A DNA stretch of 64,000 bases from Alphaproteobacteria bacterium (GCA_964202995.1 CAXNKR010000001.1:794829-858828); one strand, 5' to 3'; shown: positions 1 to 8,919, counted from the stretch's first letter. Notes: a model not told the origin generated them from the sequence alone. Numbers and translations: made by a program.

Positions 1-48
1 GTAGTAATGTTAATCCTGGATTTGATTAACACCCTTTATACAACTGGG

Positions 49-75
49 GGGTCAGAAGGGTCAGAGGGGTCGGAT
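49..75 (+). repeat. Three tandem imperfect 9-bp repeats GGGTCAGAA/GGGTCAGAG/GGGTCGGAT
   Basis: Read directly at 49-57, 58-66 and 67-75. Confidence 0.8.
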
Positions 76-212
76 GCCGTTTATCGTTTCGATGACATCG
101 CCGTTTCGGCAAACCGTAAAAAACTACCAATGGGCTTCGAACAGTCGCTAAGTTATCGACAAAATAGATTAAATATGCCATTTACGCAGAGTATTTCGAT
201 TAATCTGCGAGG

Positions 213-794
213 GTGAGCATGGGCGGCTACGGATCTGGGCGACGCAGCAACCGGCCGACGACCGATGACTGCCTCCGCATCAACCTTTCGAACCTAAAGC
301 AGCTCGGCATGTTGCAGCGGCACTGCATGGCCCGACGGGAGCAAGTGTGGAGCCAATACGGCGAGACCATTGCCAATTTAACGCTGGTAACCGACGTTCA
401 CTGCCTTGAGCCATCGCCGTGTCTAAGGATCACCGGATACGCGTTCGGCAAGGCCATCAACTGCGTGGTGTATCTGGAAGAGCAGCCCCTGCCATACGGT
501 GGCGAGCGTTGGTACGCGCTGTGCCCGCGCACGGGCCGCAGGTGCACCGCGCTGGTGCTACCGCCGGGTCAGACCCAGTTTGCCTCTGTGGGCGGCTGGA
601 ACGTGGCCTACGGCTCGCAGCGAGAGTGCCCCATACACAGAGGCCACCGCGCCATTGAAAAGGCTCAGGCGCGCCGCAAGGCCCTGTCCAAGTATACCCG
701 CAAGCCAACACGGGAACGGTTACTGGATCGGCTGATCGAGCGTCAGGTGTTTGTTGAGGAGCAGATCGACAAGCTGGCGCAGATGTTGTTTTGA
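213..794 (+). CDS. Conserved hypothetical protein of the MGGxGSGR type, typical of alphaproteobacterial integrative/prophage-like elements (probable ATG 219)
   Basis: 193-aa ORF with N-terminal MGGYGSGRR, a GGERWYALCPRTGRRC motif and an Arg-rich YxSQRE tail. The family association is from recollection. Confidence 0.7.
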   Translation: MSMGGYGSGRRSNRPTTDDCLRINLSNLKQLGMLQRHCMARREQVWSQYGETIANLTLVTDVHCLEPSPCLRITGYAFGKAINCVVYLEEQPLPYGGERWYALCPRTGRRCTALVLPPGQTQFASVGGWNVAYGSQRECPIHRGHRAIEKAQARRKALSKYTRKPTRERLLDRLIERQVFVEEQIDKLAQMLF

Positions 795-979
795 GGCATG
801 GCTTTTTCGGTCACATCATGTTGCTGGTCTGATGCCAAGCTTACCATTTCTGGACATATCAAGTCTAAGCTGTCAGTTTTGGTTGGTGGCTCGGGCTTTG
901 AAAACGGCTAGCACAATCGGTTAAAGATTGATACCAGTTTTCAGTGTAAACTAAACACTGCCCACAACGGCGTTGGTCC

Positions 980-3900
980 ATGTGCCGGAATTCTAGCGAG
1001 TCAAATATGGTGAGCCCAGTAAACAATGTGCCCTCAATTATCTCTACCGATGCAGAGGTGGTCAAACTGGGAACAGAGTTTCTCGTCAATACACAGCCGT
1101 TCGGGGAACAAAAAGCTCCTAAATCAACGCCGCTTGCGGGAGGTGGCTTTGTTGTCACATGGACAGACGAAGGCGGCTCTCTCGGAGACTCCAGCTTTAC
1201 CAGCGTCAAAGCTCAAATTTACGCCGCAGACGGAACGAGGATTGGAAGCGAGTTTCTGGTCAATACACAGACAGCAGGTTACCAGGGCAAGTCATCCATT
1301 GCGGGCCTTACAGGTGGTGGCTTTGTTGTGACTTGGGAGGACAGTAGTGGCACGCTTGGAGATGCGTCTGCAGTAAGCGTGAAGGCGCAACTGTATAATG
1401 CCAGCGGGACGAAGGTCGGTGAGGAGTTCCTCGTCAATACATCGACATTTGGTGATCAGATAGATCCTGTGGTCGCCGGTCTCGCCGGCGGTGGCTTTGT
1501 TGTTGGTTGGGTCGATTATAATGGGACCCTGAATGCCGAGCTGGGGGACTTTAATGGCTCCAGCGCCAGCAGCAGTGTTAAACTGCAAATTTATAACTCT
1601 GCTGGTGCAAAGGTTGGGCCAGAACTGCTGGTTGAACAGAACGTCGCCTATGCTCAGCTAAAGCCCCAGATGACCAGCCTAGTTGATGGCGGATTTATTG
1701 TTAGCTGGAGGAATAGTAGTACCAGTATCAGTGGCCAGTTTTTTGACCCCGCCGGGGTTAAAATTGGATCTGAAATTTCTCTCAACACAACAGCTACGGC
1801 TGAACTAACTGAATATAACAGTCAGGCCGTTCCAGTTATCATTAGCCTTGCGAGTGGTGGATTTGTTGCTGCTTGGGCGAATTGGGCTGACGGCAGCGAC
1901 CGTGGGGTCGTAGCTCAAATCTTTGACCCGACCGGTCAAAAGGTAGGTACTGAATTTACAGTAAACTCCAATACACTTGGTGCGCAGGATACACCATCCA
2001 TCGCCAGCTTGCCGGGCGGTGGTTTCATCGTGAGCTGGCAGGACAGTAGTGGCACGCTTGGCGACAGCAGCGACACCAGCATCAAGGCGCAGGTGTTTGA
2101 TTCCAGCGGCACCAAGGTAGCCGGCGAGTTTCCGGTCAACACACAGACAGCAGGTTACCAGTGGGGATCTACGATCACTAGCCTCGGGAATGGCCGGTTC
2201 GTGGTAAGTTGGCAGGACAGTAGTGGCACGCTTGGCGACAGCAGCGGCTCTAGCATCAAGGCGCAGTTGTTTGCTATCAACAATGCGCCCTCGATCACCT
2301 CGAACGGCGGCGGTGCGACCGCTTCGCTTAGTCTGTTCGAGAACAGCAAGGCGGTGACCACGTTTGCGGCAGCTGATCCCGATGCCGGCGCCACGCTGAC
2401 CTACTCGATCAGTGGCGGTGCGGATGCAGCGCTGTTCGAGATCAATGCCACGACTGGTGCGCTCAGTTTCAAGTCCGCACCCAACTTCGAAGCGCCCACC
2501 GATGTTGGCGGGAACAACGTCTACGACGTTATCGTCCAAGTTTCTGACGGCTCACTGACCGACACACAGGCCATTGCTGTTACGGTGACCAACGTCGATG
2601 AAACGCCTGTCACCGTCTCTACCGATGCAGAGGTGGTCAAACTGGGAACAGAGTTTCTCGTCAATACACAGCCGTTCGGGGAACAAAAAGCTCCTAAATC
2701 AACGCCGCTTGCGGGAGGTGGCTTTGTTGTCACATGGACAGACGAAGGCGGCTCTCTCGGAGACTCCAGCTTTACCAGCGTCAAAGCTCAAATTTACGCC
2801 GCAGACGGAACGAGGATTGGAAGCGAGTTTCTGGTCAATACACAGACAGCAGGTTACCAGGGCAAGTCATCCATTGCGGGCCTTACAGGTGGTGGCTTTG
2901 TTGTGACTTGGGAGGACAGTAGTGGCACGCTTGGAGATGCGTCTGCAGTAAGCGTGAAGGCGCAACTGTATAATGCCAGCGGGACGAAGGTCGGTGAGGA
3001 GTTCCTCGTCAATACATCGACATTTGGTGATCAGATAGATCCTGTGGTCGCCGGTCTCGCCGGCGGTGGCTTTGTTGTTGGTTGGGTCGATTATAATGGG
3101 ACCCTGAATGCCGAGCTGGGGGACTTTAATGGCTCCAGCGCCAGCAGCAGTGTTAAACTGCAAATTTATAACTCTGCTGGTGCAAAGGTTGGGCCAGAAC
3201 TGCTGGTTGAACAGAACGTCGCCTATGCTCAGCTAAAGCCCCAGATGACCAGCCTAGTTGATGGCGGATTTATTGTTAGCTGGAGGAATAGTAGTACCAG
3301 TATCAGTGGCCAGTTTTTTGACCCCGCCGGGGTTAAAATTGGATCTGAAATTTCTCTCAACACAACAGCTACGGCTGAACTAACTGAATATAACAGTCAG
3401 GCCGTTCCAGTTATCATTAGCCTTGCGAGTGGTGGATTTGTTGCTGCTTGGGCGAATTGGGCTGACGGCAGCGACCGTGGGGTCGTAGCTCAAATCTTTG
3501 ACCCGACCGGTCAAAAGGTAGGTACTGAATTTACAGTAAACTCCAATACACTTGGTGCGCAGGATACACCATCCATCGCCAGCTTGCCGGGCGGTGGTTT
3601 CATCGTGAGCTGGCAGGACAGTAGTGGCACGCTTGGCGACAGCAGCGACACCAGCATCAAGGCGCAGGTGTTTGATTCCAGCGGCACCAAGGTAGCCGGC
3701 GAGTTTCCGGTCAACACACAGACAGCAGGTTACCAGTGGGGATCTACGATCACTAGCCTCGGGAATGGCCGGTTCGTGGTAAGTTGGCAGGACAGTAGTG
3801 GCACGCTTGGCGACAGCAGCGGCTCTAGCATCAAGGCGCAGTTGTTTGCTATCAACAATGCGCCCTCGATCACCTCGAACGGCGGCGGTGCGACCGCTTC

Positions 3901-6265
3901 GCTTAGTCTGTTCGAGAACAGCAAGGCGGTGACCACGTTTGCGGCAGCTGATCCCGATGCCGGCGCCACGCTGACCTACTCGATCAGTGGCGGTGCGGAT
4001 GCAGCGCTGTTCGAGATCAATGCCACGACTGGTGCGCTCAGTTTCAAGTCCGCACCCAACTTCGAAGCGCCCACCGATGTTGGCGGGAACAACGTCTACG
4101 ACGTTATCGTCCAAGTTTCGGACGGTACATTGACCGACACACAGGCCATTGCTGTGACATTGACTGACGCTGATGAAATACCCCCCACTGTCTTAACCTT
4201 TACGCCTGCAGACGCGGCAACTGGTGTCACCTTGAGCGCTAACATCGTGGTGACCTTCTCTGAAGCGATTGCACGCGGCAGTGGCACGATCACGCTGCGC
4301 TCAGGCTCGGCGACCGGCACCATCGTCGAGAGCTTTAATGCCGCCACCAGCAACCGCCTGACCCTGTCAGACTCAACGCTGACCATCGACCCAACCAGAA
4401 ACCTGTCTGCCAACACCCAGTATTTTGTGGTGTTCACATCCGGCAACATTAAGGATATTGCTGGGAATGCTTATGCAGGCATCTCGGACTACGATTTTAG
4501 AACGCAGGCGCCTGACACCACCGCTCCAACGTTCACAAGCGCAACGACCAGCGTCGATGGCTTCAAGGTCATCCTCACCTACAACGAAGCGTTGGGTGCC
4601 ACGACAGCGGCCAGGACGGCCTTTGCGGTCAAGGTGGCTGGTGTAACCACAACCGTGAACAGCGTTGCGGTTAACGGCTCGACCGTTGAACTGACCCTTG
4701 CGACCTCCATCGGGGCAGGCCAGGCTGTGACCGTGGGCTATACCGCGCCTACGAGAAGTGCTGCGACCACCAACGCCGCAGTGCAGGACATCGCTGGCAA
4801 TGATGCAGCAACGCTTAGCAGCACCACAGCGGTCACGAACATCAGCACGGTTGATAAGACGGCGCCTACGGTCTCGACCTTCACGCCCTCAGACGGTCTG
4901 ACCGGCGTTGCAGTTGGCGCCAACATCGTGGTGACCTTCTCTGAAGCGATTGCACGCGGCACTGGTACTATCACGCTGCGCTCGGGTTCTGCCACCGGCA
5001 CCATCGTCGAGAGCTTTAATGCTGCCACCAGCAACCGCCTGACCGTGTCAGACACAACACTCACCATTGACCCAACCAGCGATCTTGCCCTTAACACTCA
5101 GTATTTTGTGGTGTTCACATCGGGCAACATCAAAGACACAGCAGGCAACAACTACGCCGGCACCAGCACATACGACTTCAGAACGGTCAACATCATAAAT
5201 GGCACCGCGACCAACAACACGCTGACCGGTACAGTCAACGCCGACACCATCAACGGTCTGGCTGGCAATGACATCATTACCGGCGGTGCTGGTACGGACA
5301 GTATGGACGGCGGCGAAGGATCTGACCTCTACATCGTTGCTGCGAGCGCTCACCATAGCGCAGCCGAGTTTGCAGACACAGGCACGAGCGGAACGGACGA
5401 GGTGCGCTTTACCTCGACGACCGCCAATGCGACGCTTACGCTCTATGCAGGCGATACAGGTATCGAGAAGGCGGTCATCGGCACTGGCACGGCTGCTGCT
5501 GCGGTCACGACCGCAACCACGGCGCTGAACATCAATGCAGGCGCGCTCACCTCTGGCATTACACTGACCGGCAACGCGGGAGCGAACGTGCTAACAGGCG
5601 GCAGCGGCAATGACACTCTTTTAGGTGGATCTGGCAACGACACACTGAATGGCGGCATTGGCATTGACTATGCCGATTATTCCACAGCCACCAGCGCAAT
5701 CACTATTAGTCTTGCTCTCTCCTCTGCTCAGATCACAGGCGGGGCTGGTACGGATACGCTCAGCAATATCGAGGGTCTGATTGGCGGTTCTGGGGCAGAC
5801 AGGCTCACTGGCAACAGCTCAAACAACACCTTGTGGGGTAATGCTGGAGCTGACATTTTGAGCGGCGGTGATGGCTTTGATCAGCTGCGCGGTGGCGCGA
5901 GCAATGACACGCTCACAGGTGGCAACGGCATTGACTGGTTCATCTTCGACACAACGCCCAACGCCACATCAAATAAGGATACGATTATCGACTTTACATC
6001 GGGCACGGACAAGCTGCAATTTAGCAAGGCGATCTTCACTGGCCTATCCGGCGCCGCTTTGGGCGATCTGTCGTCAAACGCGTTCTGGTCTGGCGCCGGG
6101 GTAACCACCGCACATGATGCAGACGACCGGTTCATCTACAACACGACCAACGGCTCACTTTATTATGACGCTGATGGTAACGCCTCAGGCAGCGCGGCAG
6201 TGTTGGTCGCTACGCTCGGGGCAACGACCCCATTGGCGTTCACCGATTTGGTAATCTTCGGGTGA
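980..6265 (+). CDS. Large RTX-repeat (type I secreted) adhesin-like protein: 2x[7 blade-like repeats + cadherin], Ig-like, SwmB-like, Ig-like, RTX tail (alternative start 1007)
   Basis: GGxGxDxL nonapeptides (e.g. GGSGNDTLL, GGSGNDTLN, GGDGFDQLR), cadherin motifs (LSFKSAPNFEAP, NNVYDVIVQVSDG), paired PTVxTFTP...IVVTFSEAI Ig-like domains, no signal peptide, T1SS-type C-terminus. Confidence 0.9.
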   Translation: MCRNSSESNMVSPVNNVPSIISTDAEVVKLGTEFLVNTQPFGEQKAPKSTPLAGGGFVVTWTDEGGSLGDSSFTSVKAQIYAADGTRIGSEFLVNTQTAGYQGKSSIAGLTGGGFVVTWEDSSGTLGDASAVSVKAQLYNASGTKVGEEFLVNTSTFGDQIDPVVAGLAGGGFVVGWVDYNGTLNAELGDFNGSSASSSVKLQIYNSAGAKVGPELLVEQNVAYAQLKPQMTSLVDGGFIVSWRNSSTSISGQFFDPAGVKIGSEISLNTTATAELTEYNSQAVPVIISLASGGFVAAWANWADGSDRGVVAQIFDPTGQKVGTEFTVNSNTLGAQDTPSIASLPGGGFIVSWQDSSGTLGDSSDTSIKAQVFDSSGTKVAGEFPVNTQTAGYQWGSTITSLGNGRFVVSWQDSSGTLGDSSGSSIKAQLFAINNAPSITSNGGGATASLSLFENSKAVTTFAAADPDAGATLTYSISGGADAALFEINATTGALSFKSAPNFEAPTDVGGNNVYDVIVQVSDGSLTDTQAIAVTVTNVDETPVTVSTDAEVVKLGTEFLVNTQPFGEQKAPKSTPLAGGGFVVTWTDEGGSLGDSSFTSVKAQIYAADGTRIGSEFLVNTQTAGYQGKSSIAGLTGGGFVVTWEDSSGTLGDASAVSVKAQLYNASGTKVGEEFLVNTSTFGDQIDPVVAGLAGGGFVVGWVDYNGTLNAELGDFNGSSASSSVKLQIYNSAGAKVGPELLVEQNVAYAQLKPQMTSLVDGGFIVSWRNSSTSISGQFFDPAGVKIGSEISLNTTATAELTEYNSQAVPVIISLASGGFVAAWANWADGSDRGVVAQIFDPTGQKVGTEFTVNSNTLGAQDTPSIASLPGGGFIVSWQDSSGTLGDSSDTSIKAQVFDSSGTKVAGEFPVNTQTAGYQWGSTITSLGNGRFVVSWQDSSGTLGDSSGSSIKAQLFAINNAPSITSNGGGATASLSLFENSKAVTTFAAADPDAGATLTYSISGGADAALFEINATTGALSFKSAPNFEAPTDVGGNNVYDVIVQVSDGTLTDTQAIAVTLTDADEIPPTVLTFTPADAATGVTLSANIVVTFSEAIARGSGTITLRSGSATGTIVESFNAATSNRLTLSDSTLTIDPTRNLSANTQYFVVFTSGNIKDIAGNAYAGISDYDFRTQAPDTTAPTFTSATTSVDGFKVILTYNEALGATTAARTAFAVKVAGVTTTVNSVAVNGSTVELTLATSIGAGQAVTVGYTAPTRSAATTNAAVQDIAGNDAATLSSTTAVTNISTVDKTAPTVSTFTPSDGLTGVAVGANIVVTFSEAIARGTGTITLRSGSATGTIVESFNAATSNRLTVSDTTLTIDPTSDLALNTQYFVVFTSGNIKDTAGNNYAGTSTYDFRTVNIINGTATNNTLTGTVNADTINGLAGNDIITGGAGTDSMDGGEGSDLYIVAASAHHSAAEFADTGTSGTDEVRFTSTTANATLTLYAGDTGIEKAVIGTGTAAAAVTTATTALNINAGALTSGITLTGNAGANVLTGGSGNDTLLGGSGNDTLNGGIGIDYADYSTATSAITISLALSSAQITGGAGTDTLSNIEGLIGGSGADRLTGNSSNNTLWGNAGADILSGGDGFDQLRGGASNDTLTGGNGIDWFIFDTTPNATSNKDTIIDFTSGTDKLQFSKAIFTGLSGAALGDLSSNAFWSGAGVTTAHDADDRFIYNTTNGSLYYDADGNASGSAAVLVATLGATTPLAFTDLVIFG
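1041..4119 (+). repeat. Intragenic direct repeat: 1041-2544 = 2616-4119 (1504 bp, period 1575 bp)
   Basis: Copies start at TCTCTACCGATGCAGAGG and end at CCAAGTTTC. No mismatch seen by eye, and shadow ORFs in other frames recur at +1575 with identical translations. Confidence 0.95.
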
Positions 6266-6272
6266 GCGTGGC

Positions 6273-6540
6273 GTGGGTGTCTGCTGGGATGCTGATTTGC
6301 GGCGCGCAGACGGCGCTTGGCAGCATTACGCCTTCAAGGGCACCAAATGGCAGCAGGTTCGCAACGAGACGAACCAGCTGTACCTCCTGAACGCGTATCG
6401 TGTCCTGCTCACGCGGGCGAGGCAGGGTCTGATCGTATTCGTGCCGCACGGCGACGAAAAGGACCCCACTCGCCCGCCCGCGTTTTACAATGAGACATAA
6501 GCGTTCTTGGTTTCGTGCGGCATTCCGGAATTGAAATTGA
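6273..6540 (+). pseudogene. C-terminal remnant of a DUF2075 (Schlafen group-3-like helicase) gene with an in-frame stop
   Basis: GVCWDADLR...YLLNAYRVLLTRARQGLIVFVPHGD..DPTRPPAFYNET*AFLVSCGI matches the DUF2075 C-terminus. The N-terminus is absent, and TAA at 6498-6500 interrupts the frame. Confidence 0.75.
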
Positions 6541-6649
6541 ATAAGCTGAGTAGGCAGCGCAGCGCCGTACCGTGCTTGCTATGTGCTTGCTGGAAATTGA
6601 ATGGTGTCGCGACTTGCACAGACAACGGCATTCAAGCCTTTGAAATAAA

Positions 6650-6725
<76 letters not shown>

Positions 6726-6745
6726 ACTGGGTGCGTCCCATAGCG

Positions 6746-7594
6746 TTAAATGACGCCAAAGGTCCAGCCCTCAGTTACAGCAATTTCAAAATTTAGTGCA
6801 TTGGGTGCCCAAAGTTGCGGATTTCCGGCAACATTGCGGAGCCATGCTGCGGTTATCAGGGCGTCGGTAGCATGGTCTGTGTAGTGGTTTAAGGGTGAAT
6901 GGGGTTTCGATCCAAGCGCTTGCAACGCCAAATCGAGTCCAATGGCATCGCGCACTTTGCTGCGGCCCTTTGCCACGCCAGCCGCGCGGGCGGCGATGGT
7001 GGTGTAAATCTCTAATGCTACCTTACCGCGCGCCGGAAGCGGATCGAAGGGCCAAATCGGTACCGCATCGCGCAGTTGGTGCAGCAGGCGCATACCTGCA
7101 AAACTGGCCTTGGCGACTTGCGATGCGCCAATGGCGTCAAAGACGGTTGACGCCTTGCCGCTGCTGCTTTTGTTCAACAAATCACATTGCCGCCAAAACA
7201 GATAGTCCGATTTTGTACCGTCTGCCGCGCCGAAATAGAAATGGCGGCGGTGGAGGTTCTCGAGGAAGGATGCCGCGCCCAGATCCGGGTCGTCACAAAC
7301 TTGGTCGACATAGGTCCAAAATGCTTTGGCAGATGTGGGCACATCATCGCCCGGCAAATAACTGCCGCGTTCGATAAAGGGCGGGGCAAAGCTGAAGTCG
7401 AAACCGATGAGCAAATCATCATCTTGCGCCAATAGCCAGTCGGCGACGCCTTGGCGCGACCATGCCTTGTCAGGCGGGGTTATAAGGCGCGGGGCTTCGT
7501 CGCCTGTCGCACATACCGCAAGCGCGATGCCGGGGTGTCGGCTGCCTTTTGCGCCGGACCAGTCGGTGCATGCGAAACGGGTGAAGGGGCGCAT
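6746..7594 (-). CDS. Hypothetical protein, DUF429-like predicted RNase H-fold nuclease
   Basis: N-terminal DWSGA, LIGFDFSF, LEIYT and DHATDALITA acidic motifs; start overlaps the rarA stop. Confidence 0.6.
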   Translation of the reverse strand: MRPFTRFACTDWSGAKGSRHPGIALAVCATGDEAPRLITPPDKAWSRQGVADWLLAQDDDLLIGFDFSFAPPFIERGSYLPGDDVPTSAKAFWTYVDQVCDDPDLGAASFLENLHRRHFYFGAADGTKSDYLFWRQCDLLNKSSSGKASTVFDAIGASQVAKASFAGMRLLHQLRDAVPIWPFDPLPARGKVALEIYTTIAARAAGVAKGRSKVRDAIGLDLALQALGSKPHSPLNHYTDHATDALITAAWLRNVAGNPQLWAPNALNFEIAVTEGWTFGVI

Positions 7595-8919
7595 TATTGC
7601 GTGTCTGGATCTGTGTTACGTGCGCGCAGCCGGTCCCAATATTGCAGCCGCTCAATTATCTTGCGTTCAAAGCCGCGTTCGACGGGTTGGTATAAAGCGG
7701 TAGGCGTCACCGCATCCGGCCAGTAATTCGCGCCCGAAAATCCCTCTGCGCTGTCATGATCATAGGCATAGCCTACGCCATAGCCGATGTCCTTCATTAA
7801 CTTCGTCGGTGCATTCAGGATGTGCGCTGGCGGCATAAGCGAGCCTGTATCTCGCGCCATTTTCCACGCCGATTTCTGCGCGTTGTACGCGGCATTCGAT
7901 TTAGGCGCAGTGGCGAGATAGAGGCATGCTTGCACAATCGCGACTTCGCCCTCCGGACTGCCCAAAAATTCATAAGCCTGCTTGGCGGCAAGACATTGCA
8001 CCAGTGCCTGCGGGTCAGCGAGCCCGATATCCTCACTGGCGAAACGAACCAAGCGGCGCAGCACATAAAGCGGCTCTTCGCCTGCCACCAACATTCGTGC
8101 CATCCAGTATAAAGCTGCCTGCGGGTCGGAACCGCGCAAGCTTTTATGCAAAGCGGATATGAGGTTATAATGCCCCTCCCGATCCTTGTCATAAACGGGC
8201 ATCCGTCTTTGCAGCAACGCCGCCATGGCTTGCGGGTCGAGCGGATTTTCAATGTGAATGGTAAACAAAGTTTCCGCCTGATTAAGCAAAAAGCGGCCAT
8301 CACCGTCGGCAGTGTAGATCAACGCTGACCGTGCATCGTCAGTTACGGGCAGGGGGCGTTCCAATATCGCTTCTGCGCGGGTCAGCAGCGTCGCCAACGC
8401 AGCCGCATCCAAACGTTTCAGCACCATCACTTGCGTGCGCGACAGCAAAGCCGCGTTGAGCTCGAACGACGGATTTTCGGTCGTTGCGCCGACGAGCGTG
8501 ACCACGCCGCTTTCCACAAAGGGCAGGAAGCCGTCCTGTTGCGCGCGGTTGAAGCGATGGATTTCGTCCACGAACAACAATGTTTGCTTGCCCGTTCTTG
8601 CCATTGCCTCTGCCTCGGCAAAAGCTTTCTTGAGATCGGCCACGCCTGAGAACACCGCCGAAATCGGCTTGTAATGCATGTCTACCGCGTCGGCCAGCAA
8701 TCGTGCAATGCTGGTCTTGCCCGTCCCCGGTGGTCCCCACAGGATCATGGAGGATAACTTGCCCGCAGCAACCATTCGGCCAATCGCGCCATCGGCACCC
8801 GTCAGATGTTCCTGACCGATGACTTCATCCAATTTGGTAGGCCGAAGCTTGTCCGCAAGTGGTGCGTTTTCAGGCGTAGATGCGGGAACTTGCGCGGTGT
8901 CTCCAAAAAGGTCGCTCAT
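7594..8919 (-). CDS. rarA: Replication-associated recombination protein A (RarA/MgsA AAA+ ATPase)
   Basis: PLADKLRP, Walker A GPPGTGKT, LFVDEIHRFN, ISALHKSLRGSD, SEDIGLADP. Confidence 0.96.
   Translation of the reverse strand: MSDLFGDTAQVPASTPENAPLADKLRPTKLDEVIGQEHLTGADGAIGRMVAAGKLSSMILWGPPGTGKTSIARLLADAVDMHYKPISAVFSGVADLKKAFAEAEAMARTGKQTLLFVDEIHRFNRAQQDGFLPFVESGVVTLVGATTENPSFELNAALLSRTQVMVLKRLDAAALATLLTRAEAILERPLPVTDDARSALIYTADGDGRFLLNQAETLFTIHIENPLDPQAMAALLQRRMPVYDKDREGHYNLISALHKSLRGSDPQAALYWMARMLVAGEEPLYVLRRLVRFASEDIGLADPQALVQCLAAKQAYEFLGSPEGEVAIVQACLYLATAPKSNAAYNAQKSAWKMARDTGSLMPPAHILNAPTKLMKDIGYGVGYAYDHDSAEGFSGANYWPDAVTPTALYQPVERGFERKIIERLQYWDRLRARNTDPDTQ

Larger units (their letters stand above)
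1..6649. mobile_element. Putative right end of a genomic island/integrative element abutting the 3' end of tRNA-Thr(UGU); left end and integrase lie outside the window
   Basis: The tRNA 3' end (6650) faces a block of non-housekeeping cargo (hypothetical protein, giant RTX protein, helicase remnant). Housekeeping genes resume on the other side. No integrase is visible, so this is inference. Confidence 0.6.

Noticed and set aside
7-216. 69-aa ORF at the window start
   Set aside because: No recognisable motifs. GSEGSEGS simply reflects the 9-bp DNA repeats. It may be the end of an upstream gene or non-coding.
1805-4114. Twin 244-aa antisense ORFs and other shadow ORFs in the RTX gene
   Set aside because: Off-frame products of the duplicated sense gene; no independent motifs.
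1041-4119. Duplication as a pure assembly artefact, or as a CRISPR-like array
   Set aside because: The unique diverged 71-bp junction argues for a real structure, although copy number is unverified. There is no short-repeat/unique-spacer pattern or cas gene here or elsewhere in the window.
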